64,000 bases of DNA from an uncultured Acidobacteriota bacterium (lineage in GTDB: Bacteria > Acidobacteriota > UBA6911), in the NCBI GenBank assembly GCA_963809485.1, contig CAWEJX010000020.1, positions 416,001 through 480,000 on the forward strand. Reading direction: 5' to 3'. This document shows positions 21,027 to 31,469 of this stretch, one piece after another. The translations under genes were made by a program, and so were the position numbers. The notes under the pieces are model-generated. The model was not told where the DNA came from and ran no database searches. It saw nothing but the letters and a program-made list of their open reading frames with translations. Within the stretch, counting starts at the first letter, position 1; every line of letters begins with the position of its first letter.

Positions 21027-22718
21027 ATGAGACTGCGCGTGATAGTAATTGCACTTTTGTGTACCGGCCTGTTTTGCGGTCTGCAGGGCGCAGGCAACCA
21101 GGTCAGTGCGCAAGGAGAGAAGGCTGCACCGGTCGAGCAGAAAATCACGGTGCTAAATCCGCTGGGGACGCCGCCCCCTGTGGCGTTGAAGGCCAAGGCG
21201 GAGCGGCTGAATACGCTGGACGGCAAGACCATATACTTTGTAAATACGGGCTATATCGGGACTGATCGCCTCATGAGCGTCATGATGGATTGGTTCAAGG
21301 CCAACTATCCAAAAGCCAATGTCGAGTATAAAGTGAGCAAAGGCGGAATGACCGGCGTAGATAAGGCTTTGTGGGCGGAAATTGGTGAAAAAGCGGACGC
21401 CGCGATCCTCGGGTTGGGGCATTGAAGCGTCTGCGCGCCGGGGGCAGTTGCCCTCGCCATCAATATTGAGTCCACAATGAAAAAACCCGCAGTGCCTCTC
21501 CTCATTTATGATTTTGCCCAACAGGGATCCGAGGTCGCTTTAAGCAAGGGGATGCCCGGCCTCCGGATTCAATATTTTCGCGGTCCGGTCTGGGCCAAAA
21601 CGCCCGATCAACTCAGGAAGCAGATTGTCGATGGCAATAACCCGATCACCAAAAGGCCGGTGATGCAGGAATTGGTGGAAAAACTTACCAAACCCCTGAC
21701 TGCCGAAGAAAAGAAAACGGGGGAGATTAAACGGGATAAGGGGCCGGCGACTTTTACCGGCACTCCGAGAGAACTTCAGAAGATGTTCCTGGAAAAGAGA
21801 TTCACGGACTTTCTGCCCGTCATCCTGCCGACGGAAGGCCTGGTGGATGAGATGCTGAAAGCCACCAGCCACCAACCCGACGAAGTGCTCGGCAAAATGA
21901 ATCCCGGATCCGAGGCCGGCGAGACATGGACCTATACGGTAAGGGACGCGGCTGTCAACGCAGTTATGGCAGGCGCCAAACCGGAATATTTCCCGATCAT
22001 TCTGGCCCTCGGTTCGACGGGCATGACGGCGGTTAATGTCTCCGATAACGGATTTATGGCGGGCGCCGTAATCAATGGCTCCATCCGCGATGAAATCGGG
22101 CTCAATTACGAGATTGGCGCCGTGGGCCCCTATGCACACGCCAATACGACCATCGGAAGGGCCTGGCACCTGCTGTCCATTAACGGAGGGAATTGCGGAA
22201 AAGTCGGGACTACCTACATGGGCACCATAGGCAATGCCATGAATCTGATTGGCGTTATCATCGCCGAGAATGAGCGGGATTCTCCGTTTCAGCCTCTTTC
22301 TGTAAGGCGGGGATTCAAGCCCGGCGAAAGCGTCGTCACCCCCTTCATCGGGTGGGGCATTCTTTCCGCCAAGAACTGGAAAGCCAATGTCTGGGGCCCG
22401 AACATGGATTACCCCAAGATCGCCAAGGACATCTACAACACTCAGGATATGATGTTCGGTACTTGCATTGTCCTGAGTCCCCCGATTGCCAATTTCATCA
22501 AAGATGCCGGGTATGATACGGTGGAGAAATTCACCCAATGGGTCACAACGCCGGAAGGAGGCGCTGCCGCTCCTGCGCCTGCTCCCAAAGGCCCTGGAGG
22601 CTTCGGCATGCCCGGCGGCAATGTCACTGTGGTTGTTACCGGTGGGTCCAACAACAACTACTGGAGCATCGGCGGCATGCGGCCCTCTCAGTCGGTCCAG
22701 ATCGACAAGTGGCGGTAG
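21027..22718 (+). CDS. UGSC-family selenoprotein (563 aa with Sec at TGA 21423-21425), with signal peptide
   Basis: ORF ending GLGH-TGA continues in frame (SVCAPGAVALAINIESTMKKP) into ORF 21477-22718, giving UxxC. The paralog at 52168-53844 spans both halves as one ORF. Confidence 0.85.
21426..21458 (+). promoter_or_regulatory. Putative bacterial SECIS hairpin
   Basis: GGGGGC-AGTT-GCCCTC stem-loop; apical loop begins 20 nt after the TGA and contains GU near its 5' side. Confidence 0.6.
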
Positions 22719-22921
22719 TTGTCGGCGAAAGTCACAGGCGGCAGTGTCGGTGCACTGCCGCCTGCACAACGGGCTGCCTGCCGGCCGGCAGGGCTAGTGA
22801 CGAAGTATTTGCTGCAGCTTCAGATTCGCGCAGAACGCCGGGGCAAACCATCTGCCCGCGTCACGGCCATGAGCGCCCGACGAAGACCAACGTCAGGCGC
22901 AACGGACATGAAAGAATGGCC

Positions 22922-24262
22922 CTAATCCCGTCCGGCGCTGCCATAATCCTTCAGCCGATATTGAAGTGTGCGCAGGCTGATTCCCAGCTCTTCAGCAGCC
23001 GCTTTCCGGTCTCCGTTGTTTCGGGCGAGTGATTCGAGAATTGCGGTCCTTTCAACCTGTGCGAGCAGCCCGGCTTTCCCCGGTTTTGAGCTCCCGGCTT
23101 CGCGCCTTAGCGGCAAATCATCGATTTCAATCACTCCGGGCTGCGAGACAATCATGGCGCGTTCGATCGCGTTCGCCAGTTCCCGGGCGTTCCCCGGCCA
23201 ATCGTGGCTAAGCAGCAATTCCAAGGCTTCCTGGCTTATGGCGGGTTTCAGTTTCCCCATACGTGCCGAAATCCTCATGAGGAACGATTCCGCCAGTGGA
23301 AGGATATCGTCCCGCCGCTCGCGCAAAGGGGGCAAGGGAATAGGAAAGACGTTGAGCCTATAGAACAGATCTTCGCGGAAGGACTTGTTCGCAATGGATT
23401 GATGGAGATCCTTGTTTGTTGCTGCAATCACGCGTACATCCACCGTAATAGTCCGTTCCCCCCCGATGCGTTCGAACTGCTGCTCCTGGAGTACGCGCAA
23501 AAGCTTGGCCTGTAAACCGGCTCCCATCTCGGCAATTTCATCCAGGAAAAGAGTCCCTCCATCCGCCAGCTCGAAACGGCCGCGCCGGTTTTGAGTGGCT
23601 CCGGTAAAAGATCCTTTTTCATGGCCGAAAAGCTCGGATTCAAGCAGTGTTTCGGGAATTGCGGCGCAATTGACTGCAACGAAAGCATGCCCGCTGCGCG
23701 GACTCCGCCGATGAATGAATCGGGCTACTATTTCCTTGCCGCTTCCGGATTCGCCTGTCAGCAGGACCGTCGTGGGCTGCGCCGCCACCTGATTGGCAAG
23801 CTGGAAGACCCGTTTCATGCTCTCGCTCTCCGCAATCACATCCTGTGGGAGCGCAGCGTCCGTCTCTTCTTGATACAACTGACTTCGGTCACGCATCGTC
23901 CGACCGCGCAGAATTCTGCCCACAACCAGCCGCAGTTCTTCGGGACTTTTCAGGGGCTTTGTAAGATATTCCTCGGCGCCGAGCTTGATCGCCTCCACTG
24001 CCGTCTCGATAGAACCATAGGCCGTGAGCACAATAATTGGCGTCTCCGGCGATTTTTCCTGCATCCAGCGGATCAATTCAATACCGCTCATACCGGGCAT
24101 GCGTTCATCTGTTATTACCAGGCTGAAGCTTCGGTGCGACAGCAACTGAGAGGCTTCCATGCCGTTTGCAGCGGTCACAACCTCATAGTCCTTCGCAAGA
24201 GATCCGCTTAGGAACTGGCGTTGACCGGGCTCATCATCTACCGCGAGAATGCTGTATTTCAT
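22922..24262 (-). CDS. Sigma54-dependent response regulator (NtrC/ZraR/AtoC family)
   Basis: Receiver VDDE...TDERMP; GESGSGKE; ESELFGHEKGSFTGA; FLDEI; Fis HTH. Confidence 0.93.
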   Translation of the reverse strand: MKYSILAVDDEPGQRQFLSGSLAKDYEVVTAANGMEASQLLSHRSFSLVITDERMPGMSGIELIRWMQEKSPETPIIVLTAYGSIETAVEAIKLGAEEYLTKPLKSPEELRLVVGRILRGRTMRDRSQLYQEETDAALPQDVIAESESMKRVFQLANQVAAQPTTVLLTGESGSGKEIVARFIHRRSPRSGHAFVAVNCAAIPETLLESELFGHEKGSFTGATQNRRGRFELADGGTLFLDEIAEMGAGLQAKLLRVLQEQQFERIGGERTITVDVRVIAATNKDLHQSIANKSFREDLFYRLNVFPIPLPPLRERRDDILPLAESFLMRISARMGKLKPAISQEALELLLSHDWPGNARELANAIERAMIVSQPGVIEIDDLPLRREAGSSKPGKAGLLAQVERTAILESLARNNGDRKAAAEELGISLRTLQYRLKDYGSAGRD

Positions 24263-24313
24263 TGCTTCGCCTATAAAGAAACTGAAAATCCCGAAAGCGG
24301 GATCGATCGGCTG

Positions 24314-25603
24314 TCAGGCCATCGGGATTATGATGGAACAACGCGCTCCCCCTTGAGGCAGGTTTTCCAGATTCAACCTGCCGCCGAGGCTTTCGACAAT
24401 CTGTTTTGATACCGCGAGTCCCAATCCTGTCCCGCGCACTTTGGTTGTCACGAACGGCTGGAACAGTTCGTCCGAGGTTTTTGAACCCAGTCCCGCACCG
24501 GCATCATCGACTTGAATGATCAGCAACTTGTCATCAGCCTTGCGCACTGCAGTCAAACCAACAATCCCGTTGGCCGGACTGGCATCGATCGCGTTCATAA
24601 GCACATTCAGGAGGATCTGGCGAAGGCCCGCGGGATCGGATCGCACATTAAGTGGATTGGCATTCAGAGACAGTTCAAGGGATGTGCTGGATGCCTCCAA
24701 TCGGGATTGCAGCATAGTTTTGAGGTCCGACAGTAATTCCGCCAGGTTGAATTCGCTGACCTGGGGCTCTTTCTTTCGCGCGAAACCCAGCAAATCGGTC
24801 ACCAGTTTCTCCAGGCGCTCCGCTTCGTTCACCACGGTTCGCAGCTGCCTTTGGGCGGAATGGTTCACAGGCAGTTCTTCCTGGGCCAGCTGAGTCAATC
24901 CCTTCATCGCGCCCAGAGGGTTCCGGATTTCATGTGCCAAGGATGCAGCCATGGTCCCCAGGGCCTTCAACTGAACCTCCGCCGCCTCATGAGCCTTCAA
25001 TTCCATAAAGCGGCTCAGCATGCGCATGAGATAGATTGAAAGAACGACGAGCGCCACAATTGCCAGTCCCGAGACCGCGAGCTGTATGTAGGCCATCCGT
25101 CGTATGAAATCTGCATCTGCCGAATAAAGGCCCATGCGTATGCGCCAGCCGGTTGTTGTGTGACCGGTTTCGCCGCGGAGGTTGCGAGGAGGCGGCAGCG
25201 CCTCTTCGAAATAAAATATCCCGCTCGCTTTAGTCCCTGCTGATTCCGGAGATGCCGTGGTCGCTCTGCCCACCCTTGCAAGAAAATTGCCGTCCTGATC
25301 CACAAGGGCCAGAAAAGCCGCAGAAGCCGAATAGGTTTCGTGGTTGGCTTCCAGAACGGACTGCCAGTATGCGGGATTATTCCGTCTCCCCGGCCCGCGC
25401 ACCTGAGCCTCAATCGCAGAGGCAATCTCGTGTCCCCGCTGGGAGAGATAGGAGGCTCGAAGGCGGGAAAGCGTCGCCAATGTGAAAAGCGCGCTTGTCA
25501 GAAGCCCGAGGCACAAGGCACAAACCACAATAACAATCAGCCGGCGCGGGGCCGAATTGATCGTATTGTATCTGCTAATGGAAGGTGAGGCCGTCATGAG
25601 CAC
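24314..25603 (-). CDS. Membrane sensor histidine kinase
   Basis: Two TM segments; LAHEIRNPL; NVLMNAIDA; DDAGAG; PFVTTK-GTGLGL. Confidence 0.92.
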   Translation of the reverse strand: MLMTASPSISRYNTINSAPRRLIVIVVCALCLGLLTSALFTLATLSRLRASYLSQRGHEIASAIEAQVRGPGRRNNPAYWQSVLEANHETYSASAAFLALVDQDGNFLARVGRATTASPESAGTKASGIFYFEEALPPPRNLRGETGHTTTGWRIRMGLYSADADFIRRMAYIQLAVSGLAIVALVVLSIYLMRMLSRFMELKAHEAAEVQLKALGTMAASLAHEIRNPLGAMKGLTQLAQEELPVNHSAQRQLRTVVNEAERLEKLVTDLLGFARKKEPQVSEFNLAELLSDLKTMLQSRLEASSTSLELSLNANPLNVRSDPAGLRQILLNVLMNAIDASPANGIVGLTAVRKADDKLLIIQVDDAGAGLGSKTSDELFQPFVTTKVRGTGLGLAVSKQIVESLGGRLNLENLPQGGARCSIIIPMA

Positions 25604-25979
25604 AACACCCGATGGATATTACCCATGATGCGCCGAATGATTTGCCTGCTCATGAGAGTAGATCCGCTCCTGACCCCCAAAATAGGAATCTTAAAACAGT
25701 TCGGCGCCGACACTTGGCTGCCCTTATCCTTTTAATAAACATTCCTTTATTCAATAAGCAAGAAATATTCCGCATCGCACCAAACTATTACTTGAGGTCC
25801 ATTCTCTTTGAATTATTGGTTTTGGCCGACGCATGCCCTTACCCGGCTTTTTCAAGCATTGTGTCTAAGTGCAGCTTCTGCATCTATGCTGCAGAAGCTG
25901 CAGCGGATCCTTTGCCGGATTATGGCTTCGTTTCTCCCAAGCAGTTGATTATGCATCACATGCATATCCGATCTGAAAC

Positions 25980-25995
25980 GGGAACAGATCTTGCA
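25980..25995 (+). promoter_or_regulatory. Putative sigma54 (-24/-12) promoter
   Basis: GG-AACAGATCTT-GC (GG-N10-GC) about 65 nt upstream of the DUF2202 start, divergent from the sigma54 activator pair. Confidence 0.6.
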
Positions 25996-26058
25996 GCACA
26001 GCCGTTGTGTGAAAGCAAAAAACGAACGGGTATCAACCCTATGCAATGGAGCAAAACA

Positions 26059-26652
26059 ATGAAGCTTGTCAAAACCTTTATCGTACTGTGCCTGATTGTG
26101 ATTGTTGCAGCACCCTTAATGGCTCAAAACGGCCCGGGGAGGCGTAATGGATGCCAAAATGGCGGCGCAAACTGCCCGCTGGCGCAAACAGCCTTAGCTG
26201 TTCAACCCCTGAGTTCAGAGGAAGCGGCCCATCTTCTATATATGAGAGAAGAGGAAAAGCTTGCGTTGGACATCTACCAGGCTCTTTATTCAAAATGGGA
26301 TGTGCGGATTTTCAGCAATATCGCCGCCAGCGAGCAACGCCATTTTAACGCCCTCGGGACCCTTATCCGCCGCTATGGGCTGCCTGATCCGGCGCAAACG
26401 GCGGCAGGAGTCTTCACCAATCCCGACCTTCAGAAGCTCTATAACGACCTGCTGACCGATGGCGGGCTTACTCTTATGGATGCGCTGCAGGCAGGGGTAA
26501 CTATCGAGGAGACGGACATCGAGGATCTGACAGCCGCAATCGCAGCCACGCATAATAGAGACTTCCTGACGGTTTATGGGAACCTGCTTAATGGATCCGT
26601 GAACCATCTTTCAGCCTTCAGTAGTCATATTGAAGCCGTAAACTTCAGGTAA
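26059..26652 (+). CDS. DUF2202 ferritin-like secreted protein
   Basis: Signal peptide; LLYMREEEKLALDIY, IFSNIAASEQRH, IEETDIEDL, NLLNGSVNHL. Confidence 0.85.
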   Translation: MKLVKTFIVLCLIVIVAAPLMAQNGPGRRNGCQNGGANCPLAQTALAVQPLSSEEAAHLLYMREEEKLALDIYQALYSKWDVRIFSNIAASEQRHFNALGTLIRRYGLPDPAQTAAGVFTNPDLQKLYNDLLTDGGLTLMDALQAGVTIEETDIEDLTAAIAATHNRDFLTVYGNLLNGSVNHLSAFSSHIEAVNFR

Positions 26653-26904
26653 TGCTTTGCCTCGGAAATGCGGATGGATTGTATTGCAGACGCCGGCGAG
26701 GCGCCCGCGGCAGATTTGGGACTCCGCCAGGAGTCCCGAAACTGCTGAGGATCCAGGAGAAAAAGGAGTGAGACCCAATGGCCGGCGAGTCGTCTATACA
26801 ATTTTCCAGGTCTTAAGGCTCGAGCTGCCATGATTAATGTTTGAGGGCTGAACCAGGGTCAGCTCATTCAACAACAAGCCCATATTCGGAATCAGATCCG
26901 GCAA

Positions 26905-27150
26905 ATGGAACAGGAACATGAACGCATGATGAGCGACCTGGATGCGAATCAACAACAAGCCTGGCAGGAGCAAATCCGGAATATGAATCAGCTGCGTCAG
27001 CAGCTGAATCTGCAGCAGCAACAGATGGAGGATGAAGCAAAAGGCAATCCCGATGCAAAGCGCGTTGCCGAACGCGCGCGAGCAGTGGAGAGAACGATGG
27101 ATGAGTGGAGGAAGCAATACGGCGTTCTCTCTTCCCAGGCGGAGCTTTGA
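26905..27150 (+). CDS. Gln/Glu-rich coiled-coil ORF, probably an N-terminally truncated remnant
   Basis: Protein-like helical composition, frame open from 26845, no clear RBS. Confidence 0.4.
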   Translation: MEQEHERMMSDLDANQQQAWQEQIRNMNQLRQQLNLQQQQMEDEAKGNPDAKRVAERARAVERTMDEWRKQYGVLSSQAEL

Positions 27151-27352
27151 TCCAAACCTGATCGGGGGTGATTCCCTTTCACGAGACAGCCCTGAATCCG
27201 GCCTTGCCTCAAAGGAAGGGCAATAATGTGTGGCGTTGAGCTGGTAGCAAGGCCGGCCCATCTTCCCATTCGCGAGTTTTCCTTTATAGCCAACTATAGT
27301 ATTATCTTCAGGGTAGCGTCCAAGCTCGATTACGGCTCCGAGCCGGATTGAT

Positions 27353-29542
27353 ATGCAAGCCTATTCTCGAAGGAAATTCCTGAAAATCTCAGGCGCCGTC
27401 GTAGGCGGTGCAGCCGTTACCGCAACTAAAAGGGTGCTGGCCGGCAAGGAGATCATCTCCGGATCCGGCATCCAGATGATTCCTACTTTCTGTGATATCT
27501 GTTTCTGGAAGTGCGGCGCTATCGCCTATGTCAAAGATGGAGAGCTGTGGAAGGTAGAGGGTAATCCGCTGGATCCTCTCAGCCGGGGACGGCTGTGCCC
27601 GAGAGGCACAGGAGGCATTGGCGCCCATTTCGATCCTGACCGTTTACGGGCTCCTCTCATGCGCAGGCGCAAGCGCGGTGACGAAGAGTGGACTGCAGTT
27701 ACATGGGACGAAGCCCTCAACTCCGTTGCGGAGAAGATGCAGAAGATAAAGGCTGAATATGGGCCGGAAGCCCTTGCTCTTTTCTCCCATGGCATCGGCG
27801 GGACTTTTCTCAGACACGCATTGAAGGCCTATGGCGTGATAAACATCGCCGCCCCATCCTTTGCACAGTGCAGAGGACCGCGAGATGTCGGATTCAAGCT
27901 TACCTTTGGAGAAGACGTAAGCTCGCCGGAAAGAACCGATATCCGTAACGCAGACTGCCTTGTGCTCATCGGGTCTCACCTGGGCGAGAACATGCACAAC
28001 ACGCAGGTGCAGGAATTTGCAGAAGCGGTCGGCAGGGGCGCCAGCATCATTGTTGCAGATCCCCGATTCTCTGTAGCCGCGGGGAAAGCGAAGTTTTATC
28101 TCCCGATACGGCCGGGGACCGATCTTGCTCTCCTGCTGGCATGGATGCAAGTACTGGTGGCCGAAAACCTTTACGACAAAGAATATGTCGCGAAGCATGG
28201 CTTTGGCTTCGAGCAGTTTGCCGCATCCGTTGCATCGTGCACACCCGAATGGGCTTATCCGGAAACAGGCATTGAGCCGGAATTGATCCGCTCAACCGCA
28301 CGGGAGATGGCCCGGTGCAAACCTGCCACGCTGGTGCATCCGGGCCGCCATGTCACATGGTACGGGGATGATGCTCAACGCAGCCGCGCCATAGCTCTGT
28401 TGAACGCCTTGCTGGGCAGTTGGGGGCGCAAAGGCGGATTTTATTACCCGGTCAGCATGGACGTTCCCGGTTACGCCTATCCGGAATATCCGAAAGCGCA
28501 AAAGGACAAGGCCGATAATCCCGGGGGGAAATATCCTTTCGCCGACGAGTCAATCACCACCGGAATCCGCGAAGCGACCCGGTCTGGAAAACCCTATACA
28601 ATCAAGGGATGGTTCGTCTACGCAACAAACCTTATGGAGGCGCTGCCGAATGCGCAGGAAACCATACAGGCGATGCAGAACCTGGACCTGATGGTGGTCG
28701 TGGATGTGATCCCCAGTGAAATTGCCGGCTGGGCCGACGTGGTTTTGCCGGAATCCGTTTATCTCGAACGGCACGATGATCTGAATGTCGAATGGTTTCG
28801 CGAACCTTTTGTCGCTCTGCGCCAGCCTGTGGTCCATTCTCCTCATGATCAGAAACCCAACTGGTGGATCGCGCGAACGCTGGCGAACAAGCTGGGACTC
28901 GGGAACTATTTCCCTTGGAAAGACATCGAGGAATATCTCGATCACAGGCTTTCAGCCGCAGGACTGAGCTTCGATGAGCTGAAGAAGAAAGGCATCATCC
29001 GCGGCGCTAAGCAACCCGTTTATTTTGACGAGGGCGTTCCGGACCACTTTTCCACCCCATCAGGGAAAATCGAGTTCTATTCCCTGCAGCTCGAGAAGGC
29101 TGGTATGGCTCCGGTACCGCAATACAAGCGTCCCGCGGATGGCCCGTCAGGGTATCTCCGGTTGCTTTACGGCCGCGCCCCTGTTCACTCTTTCAGCCGG
29201 ACTCAGTCCAATCCGATTCTGTCGGATGCAATGAGCGAAAATGCAGTTTGGGTACACCCGCAAGTCGCCAGGAGGCATGGAATTCAAAACGGAGTTCGCG
29301 TTCGTTTGAAAAACCAGGATGGCGTCCTCAGCAATCGTGTGCTCGTAAGAGTCACGGAGTGTATCCGGCCCGATTGCGTTTACCTGGTCCATGGATTTGG
29401 GCACACGGCCAAGGGCCTCAGGCATGCTTTCGGCAAAGGGGCGAGCGACGCCCAGTTGATCACCCGATACGCGACGGATCCTCTGATGGGAGGGACCGGA
29501 ATGAATGTCAATTTCGTAACCTTCGAGATCGAGGAGGTGTAA
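27353..29542 (+). CDS. psrA: Molybdopterin oxidoreductase catalytic subunit, polysulfide/thiosulfate reductase (PsrA/PhsA-like)
   Basis: Tat SRRKFLK; CDICFWKC...LCPRG Fe-S motif; FAQCRGP (likely Mo-ligand Cys); TPSGKIEFYS; VHGFGH. Confidence 0.85.
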   Translation: MQAYSRRKFLKISGAVVGGAAVTATKRVLAGKEIISGSGIQMIPTFCDICFWKCGAIAYVKDGELWKVEGNPLDPLSRGRLCPRGTGGIGAHFDPDRLRAPLMRRRKRGDEEWTAVTWDEALNSVAEKMQKIKAEYGPEALALFSHGIGGTFLRHALKAYGVINIAAPSFAQCRGPRDVGFKLTFGEDVSSPERTDIRNADCLVLIGSHLGENMHNTQVQEFAEAVGRGASIIVADPRFSVAAGKAKFYLPIRPGTDLALLLAWMQVLVAENLYDKEYVAKHGFGFEQFAASVASCTPEWAYPETGIEPELIRSTAREMARCKPATLVHPGRHVTWYGDDAQRSRAIALLNALLGSWGRKGGFYYPVSMDVPGYAYPEYPKAQKDKADNPGGKYPFADESITTGIREATRSGKPYTIKGWFVYATNLMEALPNAQETIQAMQNLDLMVVVDVIPSEIAGWADVVLPESVYLERHDDLNVEWFREPFVALRQPVVHSPHDQKPNWWIARTLANKLGLGNYFPWKDIEEYLDHRLSAAGLSFDELKKKGIIRGAKQPVYFDEGVPDHFSTPSGKIEFYSLQLEKAGMAPVPQYKRPADGPSGYLRLLYGRAPVHSFSRTQSNPILSDAMSENAVWVHPQVARRHGIQNGVRVRLKNQDGVLSNRVLVRVTECIRPDCVYLVHGFGHTAKGLRHAFGKGASDAQLITRYATDPLMGGTGMNVNFVTFEIEEV

Positions 29543-29544
29543 CC

Positions 29545-30084
29545 GTGGCCCGCTACGCCATGGTGATTGACACAAAAATATGTGTCGGCTGTATGGATTG
29601 CGTCGTGGCCTGCAAAGCCGAGAACCAGGTTCCCCGAGGTTTCGATCGCGACTGGATTGCCTATGACACAAAAGGAATCTACCCCACGCTGCGAATGGAG
29701 ATCCGCAGCGAGCGCTGCAATCATTGCGACAATCCGCCCTGCGTGTACTGCTGCCCGTGCGGAGCCAGCCATGTCCACGAGCGTGGCGGTGTTGTGCTTG
29801 TCTATCATGAGAAATGCGTGGGATGCAAAGCCTGCATGGCCGCGTGCCCCTACGATGCGCGCTTTGTGCATCCGGAGGGCTATGTGGATAAATGCACCTT
29901 CTGCATCCATCGCGTCGAAAAAGGAATGGACCCGGCCTGTGTTTCCGTATGCCCGACCCATTGCATGTATTTCGGGGATCTGGAGGATGCGAACAGCGAG
30001 GTCAGCCGATTACTCAACGAACGGCCCGGCCACCGGCTGCTGGATTCGGCGGGAACAAAGCCACAGATCTGGTACCTGGATTAG
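29545..30084 (+). CDS. psrB: 4Fe-4S dicluster subunit (PsrB/NrfC-like)
   Basis: CVGCMDCVVAC, CNHCDNPPC, CVGCKACMAACPY, CTFC...PACVSVCPT; GAGGAGG before GTG. Confidence 0.88.
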   Translation: MARYAMVIDTKICVGCMDCVVACKAENQVPRGFDRDWIAYDTKGIYPTLRMEIRSERCNHCDNPPCVYCCPCGASHVHERGGVVLVYHEKCVGCKACMAACPYDARFVHPEGYVDKCTFCIHRVEKGMDPACVSVCPTHCMYFGDLEDANSEVSRLLNERPGHRLLDSAGTKPQIWYLD

Positions 30085-30090
30085 GAGTCT

Positions 30091-30482
30091 AGTCAGGTAC
30101 CTCCGGCAGAGCCGGAGGAATGAAAGATTTGAACCGCTCAAAGCGGTTGGAGGAGTTACGCCGGTCTTGAACGCTGACTTACGCGGGCAAAAGCCGATGA
30201 GGCGCTTCCGATCCCCGCAGGGGCCAGCGCTCCGCGCTGGCCAGTTTTCTGCGGCGGCACTGTGGCAAGCGCCGTGCCGCAAGGAGATGAAGGGTATGAG
30301 AAACCGGGCGTTTGCCACAGTGCCGCCGCAGAAAACTCCATCGGAAGCGCCTCATCGGCTTTTGCTCGCCGACCCTCGCCGAACAAATCGGTGTTTGTCA
30401 GCGCTTTTGTCAGCGTTTCAAAATACGGAGCTGTCAAACTCTTTGAGTCCCCCGGCAGAGCCGGGGGGTTACCAAGGTAATT
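30091..30482. mobile_element. Non-autonomous IS200/IS605-type element (PATE/MITE-like) copy 1, with nested hairpin insert
   Basis: Subterminal hairpins CCTCCGGCAGAGCCGGAGG and CCCCCGGCAGAGCCGGGGG; related copies at 33386 and 45689; no transposase. Confidence 0.78.
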
Positions 30483-30505
30483 ACCAAATCCCGGAGTAAC
30501 GCCCT

Positions 30506-31465
30506 GTGAACCCGATACGCGAACTCATCACAACCCGGCACAATGAATTGGTGGATCCTCTGCTGAAAGTCTGGGGGGTAGAGATCGCGATTTATCTCTT
30601 CCTCGGCGGCATGGTGGCCGGAATGATGGTTATCCTCGGCTATTTCCTTTTCAAGGGACGCCACAAGGAGCTTCGTTGCTCCTGTGCGCTTCTGCCCGGA
30701 TTGTGCATCGTTCTGCTGAGCGTCGGGATGCTGGCCTTGTTTTTGGATCTGGAGCACCGGTGGTATTTCTGGCGGATGTATCTCACCTTCAAACCGGCTT
30801 CTCCAATGTCCTGGGGGGCATGGATTCTGATGCTCGTTTACCCTGCCCTCCTGGCCGCAGCGTTTTTGCGCCTGCCGGATCTCATCAAAGATCTATTTCC
30901 GTCCTTGGGACGTGCCGTCGAAAAATCCCTGGCCAACGCGGCTTTTGTCAGGACCGTTGGGATTTCGAATATGGTTCTGGGTGCCATGTTGGGCATCTAT
31001 ACGGGGATTCTATTAAGCGCTCTGGGCGCTCGGCCGCTTTGGAACAGCTCCCTTCTGGGGCCGCTTTTTCTTGTCTCCGGGCTTTCTACCGCAGCGGCCT
31101 TTGTGCACCTGATTGCGCGGGACCCCTATGAACGCGTTTTGCTTGCCAAAGCCGACAATGGATTCCTGTCCATCGAGCTTTTCGTGATCTTCCTTTTTGC
31201 AATTGGCCTGCTCAGTTCGACGGATGTACACATCAACGCCGCCATGTTGATTCTCACCGGCCGTTTTGCGCCCCTCTTTCTGGTTCTCGTTGTGGGATTG
31301 GGAATTGTAGTCCCTCTGATCATTCAGTCTCTCGCGGTAAGTCATCGCATCAGGCACACACCCATAGCCCCTGTCATGGTGATTGCCGGCGGCTTTATCC
31401 TTCGCCTCGTCATTGTTTATGCGGGTCAGGCGAGTCACTGGAACGTAATCTCGGCACTGAAATAA
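30506..31465 (+). CDS. psrC: NrfD/PsrC polysulfide reductase membrane anchor
   Basis: WGVEIAIYLFLGG, LFLDL, SPMSWGAW, YTGILL, RPLWNS, LRLVIVYAGQ. Confidence 0.88.
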   Translation: MNPIRELITTRHNELVDPLLKVWGVEIAIYLFLGGMVAGMMVILGYFLFKGRHKELRCSCALLPGLCIVLLSVGMLALFLDLEHRWYFWRMYLTFKPASPMSWGAWILMLVYPALLAAAFLRLPDLIKDLFPSLGRAVEKSLANAAFVRTVGISNMVLGAMLGIYTGILLSALGARPLWNSSLLGPLFLVSGLSTAAAFVHLIARDPYERVLLAKADNGFLSIELFVIFLFAIGLLSSTDVHINAAMLILTGRFAPLFLVLVVGLGIVVPLIIQSLAVSHRIRHTPIAPVMVIAGGFILRLVIVYAGQASHWNVISALK

Positions 31466-31469
31466 GGAG

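Noticed and set aside
27353-29542. Selenocysteine in the Mo enzyme, given the nearby selenoprotein
   Set aside because: ORF is uninterrupted and the candidate ligand is Cys (TGC)
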